63,388 nucleotides of DNA, filler included, from Octopus bimaculoides (GCF_001194135.2; 5 parts of 5 records of this genome joined end to end with filler, not necessarily neighbours in it); one strand, 5' to 3'; shown: positions 49,300-61,834, counted from the first letter of the whole stretch. Numbers and translations: made by a program. Notes: generated by a model not told the origin, from the letters alone.

Positions 49300-50100
49300 G
49301 CAATTATCCCTAGATATTCTTCCCACTAATGTCAAAAGAAATGTGACGCTACATGACTTTTCCGCTCTCCTCAATAACTATGTCTACTCCGTTGTTTGCA
49401 CAAAGTAGAAGTTTTAACATGAATGTTCTCCCAATATTACTTTTGCTGATACGTGTGTATTTCTTAAGTGATGTTTTTTATGTTTTTTCAAAGTAGTGCA
49501 AATGGCATTATATATTGTCTTAGCGCACCATGCTGCTGTGGTATGTTGTACTCCGATGTAATTTTGGGCGGCTGCTGAATACATATACAGTATCCATCAC
49601 AGAAGACTCACATTGCCGATATTTGCGGCTGAAATGTGGGAGTAAAATGCCTTTCCTTTCTTATTTATTCGTAAGATATTACAAAGACATCCTCTGCAAT
49701 TAGATTGCAAAAGTGGGAAGTTATGAAGCGGTCATGTGTCCAAAGTAGGCTTCACTTCAAATATCGGCTTCATTTTCAAGATTATGCTAAATAGAATCGC
49801 GCATATTTTTTGTGGTATGCAAAGTGATTTTCTCTCCCAAGTCTTTGCTGAGATACGCCAGCCCTTCATATCTAGGCTCATATGTCAGATCATCTGGAAG
49901 CAAGTGTTTCCTGTAGAATTCATTTCCCACGCGTACTATGCTATTCACATCGCTTTTGAGCAATGATGTTCATCACTTGTATAATTATGAGTATTAAACA
50001 CGGATTTTCTTGTGAGTGAAACCAGACATAGGGAAGCAGTACAATCTTAAAAAGTGAATGAGAAGAGCTGCACAGAGTAGCGTCAAATTTTGTAGGCGCA
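49300..50100 (-). pseudogene. Decayed coding-like fragment with weak resemblance to herpes-tegument (C76)-like cysteine peptidase domains
   Basis: YCFPMS...LKSDVNSIVRVGNEFYRKHLLPDDLTYEPRYEGLAYLSKDLGEKITL; multiple stops; motif-level resemblance only. Confidence 0.3.
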
Positions 50101-50252
50101 CTATAGTAGAAGGAATGCATTAAAGTGCATGTGACATTCTATCTGACAATATNNNNNNNNNNNNNNNNNNNNNNNNNNNNNNNNNNNNNNNNNNNNTTAA
50201 TTAATTAANNNNNNNNNNNNNNNNNNNNNNNNNNNNNNNNNNNNNNNNNNNN

Positions 50253-50302
<50 letters not shown>

Positions 50303-50303
<1 letters not shown>

Positions 50304-50889
50304 CATTTCTTTTATTAGCCACACAGGGCTCAACAAAGATGGGACAAATACAATGTAGAGCTTTTCTTTTTGGGAGGGGAAGGAAAAAAACCCAAAAAAA
50401 ACAATAGGGGTGAGTCGATCAAAAGGGATCATAGGAAGGGAAAAAGGGGGAAGTTCGATCAAAAGGGATCGAGAAAAAAATAAAGCGATCAATAGGGATC
50501 GTGTATCACACAGTAAAAAGAGAGGAAGACAGTTTAGGTTTAGCCGTAGAGAGAAAAGCCTACGGAAAAGACCACGGTAGCCTTGGTTAATATTGTCATT
50601 ACAGAAACTATAACAGTGAATGACTCTCTTTTGCCTTTTTGTTTTTTGTCTGGATTTTTTTTACTCTTTTATAGTGTTATGCTCAAGGTGGCTCCGTCAT
50701 TCACACGTGCCATCCTTGCTACATTCACCCATCTTTTTTTGAAGCATTCACTAGACAAGACTTCCCTTTCTACTGTAACCTTCCTCTTCAGATGATACTT
50801 GAAGAAGTCGATGAGAGATTGCCCAGAGAGGAAAGTCTTTGTCTCTAGACCTTTCAGACGCGTCCACCATACACATTCTTTCGCCATAA
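50303..50889 (-). mobile_element. 5'-truncated L1/Tx1-clade LINE (ORF2 end + 3' UTR) flanked by (GATA)n
   Basis: MAKECVWWTRLKGLETKTFLSGQSLIDFFKYHLKRKVTVEREVLSSECFKKRWVNVARMARV*, homologous to the 7480-8125 copy; AATAAA near the 3' end. Confidence 0.85.
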
Positions 50890-50903
50890 GATAGCTAGCT
50901 AGC

Positions 50904-50935
<32 letters not shown>

Positions 50936-51159
50936 CATTCATGTATATTACGCATTTCATCGAATTAACACTTACAAACACATACATCGAGTGAAAAAGT
51001 AAGTGAATACTGAAAGTTAAATCTGCAATTTAATCAATATTGGAGATGATTGTTACATCGAAATTTTACCGTGATCAGATTTTCAAACAGTGCTAAAATA
51101 AGAAAATTCAAAATTTCATATTGGAATTATAGGAAATAAGGAAATATTGAAGATTATAG

Positions 51160-52245
<1,086 letters not shown>

Positions 52246-52470
52246 TCATTAAACATCAGGATGACAAACCTGCTAACTAAATTAGCATTTGTATTTGATT
52301 AATAAACAAGTAATTGATGAGGTTGCGAATGGCAACGAAAGGATTTTGGTTAACAAACAACCGACTGATTGTTTAACCAGCACATTATTATTGGCGTAAT
52401 GACCCTCTAAAGACGCAATAAGCTTTATTACTATATTTACTAGTTTTAATTATATTTAATTATATTTATA

Positions 52471-52690
52471 AAGGTGGCGAGCTGTCAGAATCGTTATCAC
52501 GTTGGGCAAATACTTAGCGGCATTTCGTCCGTTTTTACGATCTGAGTTCAAATTCTGTCGCAGTCGACTTTGCTTTCATCTTTTCGAAGTCGATAAAATA
52601 AGTACCAGTCGAATACTGGGGTCGATGTAATCAATTTAGCCCCTGTTCCGAAGTGTCGGGCATTGTGCCTTTAGTAGAAAGGATTAATTA
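52471..52690 (+). mobile_element. SINE family A, near-consensus copy
   Basis: A-box, GAGTTCAAATTC B-box, GTCGATAAAATAAGTACCAG...CTGGGGTCGATGTAATC, tail GTGCCTTTAGTAGAAAGGATT. Confidence 0.92.
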
Positions 52691-53073
52691 TATTTGATTT
52701 GATAATAAGATATCACTTCTTAGCAATACTTGGCATAATTTAACTATGAAGATGCCATTTATAAAATAAGATTTAAAGCTAAATTAAAAAGAAATTTTAT
52801 GAAATTGATTACCACCCATGAGATTTAGTTAAATGACTTACCCAATTAGGTGTTTACATAAATCTTACGCTTCATGGTTCATATCCAAGTGAAACACTAT
52901 ATTTTTTATAAATCAGAATCTTTTTTCATTTCTAATACAATATTCTGAATGTTAATTTATTACTGCGTTAAGTGACAATTTCGATAAGATTCCAAATTAA
53001 GAGCAATATTGAATAAAAAATATTACAACATCTCTAAGCTACAACATATGCTTACATCTATGTGTATAGATAT

Positions 53074-53152
<79 letters not shown>

Positions 53153-53155
<3 letters not shown>

Positions 53156-53360
53156 TTTGGTTCCAGATTTTGGCAAAATGGTCAGTAATTTCGAGTACAT
53201 CGATCCCAGTACTCAACTGGTACTTATTTTATCAACCCCGGAATGTTGAGAGGCAAAGTCGCCCTCGACGGCGTGTGAACTCAGAACTGAAACACGGACG
53301 AAATGCCGCTATGTATTTTTTCCCAGCGTGTTAAAGATTATGCCAGCTCGCTACCTCTTT
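53153..53360 (-). mobile_element. SINE family A following (GATA)n
   Basis: CATCGATCCCAGTACTCAACTGGTACTTATTTTATC...GTGAACTCAGAAC...TGCCAGCTCGC. Confidence 0.88.
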
Positions 53361-53444
53361 GTATGTAGGCATATCAACATATATAATATATATTAGTTTA
53401 TATCCACATATACAGAAACTATGCTGGAATCTTCCGTCGAATAG

Positions 53445-53712
53445 GACGTATGAGTGTTCAGCTTTTGCTGAATGACCTGCAAAAATGATTTGTTTATAAA
53501 GATCAAATGCATGTGCTGCACATTAGCTGTCCCTCTTAAGCAAATCGACGTTGCCTAAACGGGTGCACGGTGTACCACACATCAGGTGTCGAACTGATCT
53601 CAGAGCAATGTGAGATGAAGTGGTTTGTTCAAGAACACAACACAGCTTCCGATCTAGGAAATGAAACCACGATTTCGCGATTGTGAGTCCAACACCATAC
53701 CCACATGCGCCC
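53445..53712 (-). mobile_element. tRNA-derived SINE family D (C-like head, different 3' half)
   Basis: Minus-strand head ...GGACTCACAATCGCGAAATCGTGGTTTCATTTCC, TTCTTGAACAAACCACTTCATCTCAC box, unrelated 3' part. Confidence 0.6.
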
Positions 53713-53797
53713 TGACATGGCCTAGTGGTTAGTAATAAATCTGGTATAGCCTACTATAATAGATGTATTACTAAACACAAATACATACGCTAATATA

Positions 53798-54225
53798 CAA
53801 AGCATGGATGTGAGGTAAGAACTTTGCTTCACAACTACATCGTTTCACGTTCAGTCCTTGGCAAGAGGCTCCTACTATAACCGACCAGATGCTTGTGCGT
53901 GGATTTGGTAGACGGAAACTAAATGTCGTATATAAACTGTATATGTGTGTTTGTGTGTGTGTTGTGTGTGTATGTGTATGTGTGTGTACGTGTACGTGTT
54001 TGTGTGAGTACGCGTGTTGTTTGTCTCCAACTACGTTTGTTAACCGGCATTGGGTTCTCTACATGCCCGTTACTTTGCAGTTCGGTCAGGTGGACGGGTA
54101 GAATAAATACCAGACTTAAAATCAATAAATATCGAAGTTGACTTGTTTGATTGAACCACTCAAGGCAGTGCCACAGCATGGCTGCATTCCAATGACTGAA
54201 ACAAGTAATCGATAACAGATATATA
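53798..54225 (+). mobile_element. SINE family B, complete two-module copy with internal (TG)n
   Basis: Head + CCTTGGCAAG + GTGGATTTGGTAGACGGAAACT, about 100 bp of TG repeat, then AACCGGCATTGG...GCAGTTCGG...GAATAAATACC...CAGCATGGCTGC...TGACTGAAACAAGTAA. Confidence 0.8.
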
Positions 54226-54384
54226 CACAGAAACCATTATCGTATGTATGCATAATATATGTATGTATATATGTATATATGTATGTATGTATGTATGTAC
54301 ATATATATGTATGCATGTATGTATGTATGTATGTATGTATACATACATACATACATATATGTCAGTATATATGTATATATATCG

Positions 54385-54590
54385 TTTCTTTTATTAGCTT
54401 CAGTCATTATACTGCGGCCATGCTGGGGCACCGTCTTGAGGAACCTTCAATGGAGTGAGTCTACCTTATTACTGACCTTTTTAAAGTCTAGTATTTATTC
54501 CATCGTATGCTTTGGCCGAACCGCTACGTTACGGGGACGTAAACACCAATACCGGTTGTCAAGTAGTGGTGGGGGACAAAGAGAAAAATA
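54385..54590 (-). mobile_element. SINE family B 3' module
   Basis: CAGTCATTATACTGCGGCCATGCTGGGGCACCG...GGCCGAACCGCTACGTTACGGGGACGTAAACACC..CCGGTTGTCAAG. Confidence 0.85.
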
Positions 54591-54674
54591 CCGACGCAAA
54601 GACACACACATACACACACACACTCCCTCTCTCTCTCTCTCTTTCTCTATCTCTCTCTTTCTCTCTCTCTCTTT

Positions 54675-54726
<52 letters not shown>

Positions 54727-55158
54727 CACGCACATATATATATGACTATAATTATAAATTAGGGCAAAAAGAAAAACTTTTCTTTGCAAATATGCTGAAA
54801 ACTAGACGCTAAATCGTTTAACCACATAAAATATTTTCACCTGTATTATAACACCACGCGCCGAAACGAAGAAAGCAAGCTAACAGAAATTCATAAAAAA
54901 TTTAGTTATCCCCGGATCGGTTCCGATTTCTGAATCAATCCAAATAGGATTCTCCCTTCATCAGCGAGGAACACAAAATGAAAATAGATGAAATATTTAA
55001 ACATAACCACGGAAAAGCAGATGCAAAGTCATGAATACATTTAAGTACTCGAAATATATCCAAACAGAAATTCCGTAGCAAGCCTCGGCACAAGTGTAGT
55101 CAGTGAGGAAATGCACAAAAGTGGTTAATCAGTCCCGAAGTCAATGAGAATTAATTTA

Positions 55159-55419
55159 CTTCTAATATAAGGATAAAATTTTATCTAAAAATTTTATCAA
55201 TGTCCAACCTATGAAATATACCTTTTAAGGTGAAAATTATAAATACAGTTATAAATAAGGGCAAAAAGAAAAGTCTATTTTTCAGCATATTGGCAAAGAA
55301 TTTTTTTTTCTTTTTGCTCTCATTTATAATTGTATTTATAATTTTCACTTTAAAAAGTATTTTTCATATACTGGCCACTGATAAAATATTTTAATAAAAT
55401 TTCATCCTTATATTAGCAG
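55159..55419. mobile_element. 261-bp AT-rich fold-back / MITE-like element with TA flanks
   Basis: About 115-bp imperfect arms, CT(T/G)CTAATATAAGGAT...; a partial non-folded relative at 54745-54815. Confidence 0.75.
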
Positions 55420-55457
55420 TATACATACATACATACATACATACATACATACATACC

Positions 55458-55582
55458 ACGGGCTTCTTTTAGTTTCCGTCAACCACTCATAAGGATTTGG
55501 TCGGACCGAGGTTATATTGGAAGACACTAATCCAAGGTGTCACGCAGTGAGACTGGACCCAGAACTATGTGGCTGGGAAGTA

Positions 55583-55585
<3 letters not shown>
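55458..55585 (-). mobile_element. SINE family B 5' module
   Basis: CGGGCTTCTTTTAGTTTCCGTC...GAAGACACT...AAGGTGTCACGCAGTGAGACTG...GTGGCTGGGAAG. Confidence 0.82.
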
Positions 55586-55634
<49 letters not shown>

Positions 55635-56024
55635 CAATTTAAACTAAATTTAACCTCATGTAAATAAGCTCAAACGTCTCGCTTGCCGTGCAGAGCAGGT
55701 TAATAAACAGATTATCCTCACTGTAGAGAATACTCTATCCGAGCATCAAAAGAGGAAAATGTAAATGTACTTCCTTCACAGAGAGAAAGCCTGATACAGG
55801 GGACATTTGTTAGGAACTTAACGTAAGACATTAGATTTTATGTTATCATAATAGTTAAAGATACGTTTAGAAGACTGTGTACAACTTTCTAGAACATTTT
55901 TCCGCTGGAGAAACAAAGGTGTGCCGAGGTGTGCCAGCGTAAAAGGTACTAATAACCCGTGGAAATCAAAGAATCTACTCATAATTACTGTTACGTGACC
56001 ACTTTTAATATATGTTCAATGTGT

Positions 56025-56150
56025 ATGTTTGTATCGTGTTTGTCCTACCTACTGCTTTACAGCCGGTGTTCGTTTCTTTGCATCCCCATAACGTAGCAGT
56101 TCGGCAAAAAAGTTTTTTAAAAAGCGCTAGAATAGGTACCAGACTTTTGG
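56025..56150 (+). mobile_element. SINE family B 3' module fragment
   Basis: GTGTTTGTCC...ACAGCCGGTGTTCG...ATCCCCATAACGTAGCAGTTCGGCAAAA...TAGAATAGGTACC. Confidence 0.65.
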
Positions 56151-56578
56151 ATCTCCCGTAGAAAACACTATCTCAAAATGCCATACGGTAAAATTGAATC
56201 CAAGACCCGTAGCTCAATGAATACGTCTTTATGTACGGCTATAATTTGGCTACATATATGGAGCTAGAACTATTTTAAACGCCCACATATGCACACACAC
56301 TCGCACACAGACTCACACACACTCATACATACAGACATACATACATACATACATACATATACTCACAAATGCCTAGCTATGCGTGCGCTCAGAGATACAA
56401 ACATACACGTGTATTCTAAAAATGAATAACAAATAACGATTACTTATTTAATTATTTCCTTTAATTACTGAGCTAATTAAATTACTCGTTTTCCTTTGTC
56501 ATTTATTCTTATATATAATTGTTACTGTCTGTATGTACATCCGGAAAGGGAGCCTATGTATATCTGTTTGTATGTATT

Positions 56579-56633
<55 letters not shown>

Positions 56634-56868
56634 ATATGTCTGTATGTATTTATGTGTAAGTGTGTGTATATATAAGCACACATATATATATGTATAATAA
56701 TAATAATAATAATAATCATAATAATAATATTAATAATAATAACCTGTCTCCCTACGATCTACAAAGCCNNNNNNNNNNNNNNNNNNNNNNNNNNNNNNNN
56801 NNNNNNNNNNNNTTAATTAATTAANNNNNNNNNNNNNNNNNNNNNNNNNNNNNNNNNNNNNNNNNNNN

Positions 56869-56923
<55 letters not shown>

Positions 56924-57154
56924 GTATATGTATATGTATGTGTGTGTGTGTGTGTATAGATAAATAGATAGATAGATAGATATTAGCACACACAGGTACA
57001 CACACACACAAACTCACACGTATGTCTATATATATATGCGTGTGTTTGTATATATATGTACGTATGTTTCTATGTATTATTCTGCTGTTAATTGCAGATT
57101 CCCTATTGTGCAACAACCGTGGTACTCCTCCTCTTCCTCCTCCTCCTTCCCCCT

Positions 57155-57187
<33 letters not shown>

Positions 57188-57244
57188 TCCCGCTTATTGC
57201 TGCTGCATAGCTGTTCATACATTTCGTTATCATTATCACATAAA

Positions 57245-57745
57245 ACAAGGAGGCAAGCTGGCAGAGTCGATAACACGCCCGATGAAATGCTTAGCGTTAT
57301 TTCGTCCGCTTCCGCGTTCTGAGTTCAAATTCCGCCGAAATTGACTTTGCCTTTCATCCTTTCAGGATCAATAAATCAAATACCAGTGAAACACTAGGCT
57401 CGATGCAATCGATTAGTCCAGCCCCCCAAAATGCCAAGGCCTTGTGCCTTCAATAGAAAGTATTATCACATATAAAACAAGCAAAAAAAGATAGTATTGA
57501 TTAAAAACAAAAACGCGATTGAGTAAGAGCATCAGTTTGAGCGAGGGGAGATCCTTCTTTTGTAGTTTGTTTTGTCTCTTTATGTTCCCTAGTTCAAATC
57601 CCTCCAATGTTAACTTACTCTCTCATCCTTCCAGGATCGTTAAATAAAGCTCCGGTCGAAATGTACTTGGGTGTAGATATTATTGCCTACTTTTCTATTC
57701 CCTCTAAATACCTGGTCTTGTGCTTATTTTTAGAAACGTTATAAT
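57245..57745 (+). mobile_element. Two tandem SINE family A copies (57245-57470 younger; 57510-57745 older)
   Basis: GCTGGCAGAG...GAGTTCAAATTCCGCCGA...CCTTTCATCCTT; the second copy has TAGTTCAAATCCC...CTCATCCTTCCAGGATCG. Confidence 0.8.
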
Positions 57746-57781
57746 TACTTCAGAGATCAACTATTTTAGAGTGTAGTGAAG

Positions 57782-58101
57782 GTGTAGTGGCCTAGTGGTT
57801 AGAGTATTCGGTTTCCGATCGTAAGGTCACGAGTTCAGTTCCCGGCAACGCGTTGTGCCCTTGAGTAAGACACTTTATTTCACGTTGATCCAGTTCAGTA
57901 AGCTGGCAAAAATGAGTAGTACCTGTATTTCAAAGGGCCAGCCTTGTCACACTCTGTGTCACGCTGAATCTCCCCTAGAGCTACGTTAAGGGTACACATA
58001 TCTGTGGAGTCCTCAGCCACATACACGGTAATTTGACGAGCAGGCTGTTCCGTTGATCATATGAACTGGGACCCTCGTCGTTGTAACCGACGGAGTGCCA
58101 G
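57782..58101 (+). mobile_element. tRNA-derived SINE family C
   Basis: GTGGCCTAGTGGTTAG A-box, GAGTTCAGTTCCC B-box, CCTTGAGTAAGACACTT box, 3' domain ending GTAACCGACGGAGTGCCA. Confidence 0.88.
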
Positions 58102-59030
58102 TTAAGTACTGTGTTAAATGATTGTGGAATTTAATTGGAACCTCACTACAGAGTTCCAAGTTCAAATCCTATTAGTCTTCGAAGATATGGGTTTTGGAAT
58201 AGAAGTGGGTACTGGATTGCACAGTCCGGCCATGTCGACTCCAGAGGTTTATGAAAAAACCCATAAAGTTCGCGTTTGGATCTCGAATATAAATTTGGAT
58301 GTGTGAGCGTTCCCCGACCAAGTAACAACTCACCCGTATTAACTCCTATGTTCATCCTTGCTGTGTCAGTAAAATAAATAGCCATCTATATTTGAGTCAA
58401 ATAAGCCGACTATATTCTTGGATAATGTATCTGTGCTTAAATCCAGCCGGAGTCAACTTTACCTTTTGTAAAGTACCTCTTAAGTTCTGACGCCTATATA
58501 ATCAACTGCCCACTTTTTGCTGAAATTGTAGTAATTGCGTCCATGTAATAAATCAAAATCATAATTATTAATATCAGTTAAGAGAAGGTGGACGAACTGA
58601 ATCAGCACAGCCCTAATTGATCATTTCCTATAAGTGTTTAGTTTTCTCATTGTAAATGTTGAGTTTAGGCCGGCTGAAATCGACTTTGCTTTTCAGGGTA
58701 TTTTTAGGCAGATAAATAGTAATAAGTGATATACTTTAAGTTGTTATTATTGCTGCTGCTGCTGTTGTTGATGTTGATAATAATGATGTGTAAACTTTGA
58801 GTCAATCCAAACCAGGTAGACCTGTGATCAACCAATGATTTTTTTTAGGTGTAGTACATATAAGGAAATATATCGGATGTCATTTTTTTCTAAGATAGGA
58901 CCTTGCGATTGATAGAGGTTTGGCTGCTAATTCTAGCGACCACATAGATGATTTTCGTTGGCTCCATTGACAACAAACCTTCTCTACGACTTATGGCCAA
59001 AAACAATGCAAGAAATTGTCATTATCATAA

Positions 59031-59488
59031 TTAGGTTAAAAAGAATGTTCTGTCGAATTTCAAGATGGGAAATAAACAAATGCTTTTTTTGGTTTTAATT
59101 TTTATATTTAATTAAGATGATATTTCTCCTCATTATTTATAACATAATCCCATCTATTTTGGCAAATTGATTATCCGGCACTCGTAAATTATTCTTTACG
59201 TTTTGAAGCAGAGAAACACTCAGTATGATTTTTTAACTTCTTCAAGATTAATAAACTGTTTTCTCTTTAAAGAATATTGAAACGATCTGAAACAATGATA
59301 ATCAAAAATGGGCAAATTGAAAAGATTAACGAGGAAGATTCAAAAACTTGCATACTTTGTACCATAATATTTTTCTCAGTGACTTGGTCAATATATTGTC
59401 TTGCATTGTTGTGTAAGACACAATAATTTTAAATTCCATTAGACATTCTAAAATACTATTAAATTTCATTCAATTTAAAAAAGGTAAA
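59031..59488 (-). mobile_element. Internally deleted mariner copy
   Basis: Minus-strand HNNAR...FDYHCFRSFQYSL..KQFINLEEVK...RWDYVINNEEKY; 3' TIR at 59031-59060; 5' subterminal region joined directly to the C-terminal coding part. Confidence 0.78.
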
Positions 59489-59490
59489 CT

Positions 59491-59757
59491 CAGGTCATTC
59501 CATACGTTCTGTCCGATTTTACCTTTTTTAAATTGAATGAAATTAAATAATATTTTACAGAATAATAGAATTAAAATTTCTTTGATTAAAACCCTTTCTA
59601 GCATGGAAGTATTCAAAGAGCATTTGAGGCACATAATGCTTTATGAGTACAAAAAAGGAAACTCTGCAGCCGAAGCGACTCGAAACATACACTTATGGGA
59701 AAGAATGCTTGAATGAAAGAACTTGCAGAAGATGGTTTGCAAAATTCAGAAGTGGAG
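59491..59757 (+). mobile_element. Mariner 5' end (TIR + HTH N-terminus), runs into a gap
   Basis: TIR CAGGTCATTCCATACGTTCTGTCCGATTTT; MEVFKEHLRHIMLYEYKKGNSAAEATRNI/TYGKECLNERTCRRWFAKFRSG. Confidence 0.92.
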
Positions 59758-60190
59758 NNNNNNNNNNNNNNNNNNNNNNNNNNNNNNNNNNNNNNNNNNN
59801 NNNNNNNNNNNNNNNNNNNNNNNNNNNNNNNNNNNNNNNNNNNNNNNNNNNNNNNNNNNNNNNNNNNNNNNNNNNNNNNNNNNNNNNNNNNNNNNNNNNN
59901 NNNNNNNNNNNNNNNNNNNNNNNNNNNNNNNNNNNNNNNNNNNNNNNNNNNNNNNNNNNNNNNNNNNNNNNNNNNNNNNNNNNNNNNNNNNNNNNNNNNN
60001 NNNNNNNNNNNNNNNNNNNNNNNNNNNNNNNNNNNNNNNNNNNNNNNNNNNNNNNNNNNNNNNNNNNNNNNNNNNNNNNNNNNNNNNNNNNNNNNNNNNN
60101 NNNNNNNNNNNNNNNNNNNNNNNNNNNNNNNNNNNNNNNNNNNNNNNNNNNNNNNNNNNNNNNNNNNNNNNNNNNNNNAGAAAGAGAGAG

Positions 60191-60229
<39 letters not shown>

Positions 60230-60782
60230 ACGAAAACGAAAGGGAGACAGAGAGAGAAAGAGTGGAGATAGGGTTAAGAGTGGTACAGAAATATTCAAGG
60301 AATATTTTACAATAACGCCAACAAACGGTGTGCATTGCGCTACATGGACGTATCAAGGGTTGAACAGAGAATACAGTAAGGAAAAGTTAGACGAAAGCAG
60401 AGTAAAGGGGGAAAGTGAACGAAGACTAAACGGGCGGCAAATTAGACAAGATACACGGAATATTCGCAGCTGAGTTTTCTTCTTCAGTCAAAGACGCAAA
60501 ATGTCATAACAGTTTCACGCCGATTATCTTCGATACTGTTCAGTTTTGCAGGTGCCACACACAGACATACACACATGCTCACACACTCAGACATAGATAC
60601 ATATATCCTTATATAGAGATGTATGTACGTGTGTGTGTTTGTATGCGTGTATTTATGAATGAACATGAATGGACTGATGATAAGAGAGATTGTTGGATGT
60701 GTGGCTGGAGGTAAGTTTGATCACCTTTGAGACTGCTAGTCGTAGTTACACTCCAGGACTACTTCACTATTGTTGGCATATA

Positions 60783-60896
60783 TACTACTACTACTACTGC
60801 TGCTTCTGCTGCTGCTGCTACTGCTGCTACTACTACCACTACCAACAACAGGACTGCCGCCGCCGTCACCACCACCACCACCATCACCACTACCAT

Positions 60897-60982
<86 letters not shown>

Positions 60983-61066
60983 TTGCTGCTACTACAACTA
61001 CCCTACCAACAGGACTGCCGCCAACGTCGCCACCGCCACCACCACTACCACCACCACCACTATCAT

Positions 61067-61106
<40 letters not shown>

Positions 61107-61470
61107 NNNNNNNNNNNNNNNNNNNNNNNNNNNNNNNNNNNNNNNNNNNNTTAATTAATTAANNNNNNNNNNNNNNNNNNNNNNNNNNNNNNNNNNNNNN
61201 NNNNNNCACCCCCAACTTAAATATCACCACCACTGCCACCACCACCACCACCACCACTACCACCATCATCATTAGCACCACCCCCCAACTTAAATATCAC
61301 CACCACAGCCATAATCACAACTACTAAGACTACTACCACTGCCACCACCACAACCAACCACCACCACCACCACCACCAACACCACCATCGCTATCATCTT
61401 TATTGTCATCATCACCACAACCATCACCTTTCGCCATCATCATCATCATCATCATCATTTTGATCAACAT
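60783..61470. repeat. Compound trinucleotide repeats (TAC/TGC/CAC/CAT) with internal duplications
   Basis: Seen directly; split by an artificial spacer at 61107-61206. Confidence 0.93.
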
Positions 61471-61633
61471 CACCATCACTGAGAGTGGGCCTTTATGTGG
61501 TCATCTGAGCTGCTGAACAGAACAGCTGAATCTTCCACAAAAATCACAGCCCTGTTGTCTTATATGGCAGAGGGCACATTCATGAGTGTACTCCTACATA
61601 AACTATGCCTGAAAAAAAAATAATACAGTCATA

Positions 61634-61792
61634 GGGGCAGGTGTGGCTGTGTGGTAAGAAGCTTGCTTACCACCATATGGTTCCGGGGTTCAGTCTCAAA
61701 GCGTGGCACCTTGGGCAAAGTGTCTTCTACTATAGCCTCAGGCCAACCAAAGCCTTGTGAGTGGATTTGGTAGATGGAAACTGAAAGAAGCT
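61634..61792 (+). mobile_element. SINE family B 5' module, near consensus, then (TG)n
   Basis: GGCAGGTGTGGCTGTGTGGTAAGAAGCTTGCTT...GGCACCTTGGGCAAAGTGTCTTCTACTATAGCCTC...GTGAGTGGATTTGGTAGATGGAAACTGAAAGAAGC. Confidence 0.92.
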
Positions 61793-61796
61793 TTTT

Positions 61797-61834
<38 letters not shown>

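Noticed and set aside
58118-58385. Overlapping short ORFs on both strands
   Set aside because: No motif recognised; bounded by SINE fragments.
60505-60550. Minus-strand CTGAACA...GAAAC hammerhead-like string
   Set aside because: C3/C8 cannot pair, and stems II and III do not form convincingly.
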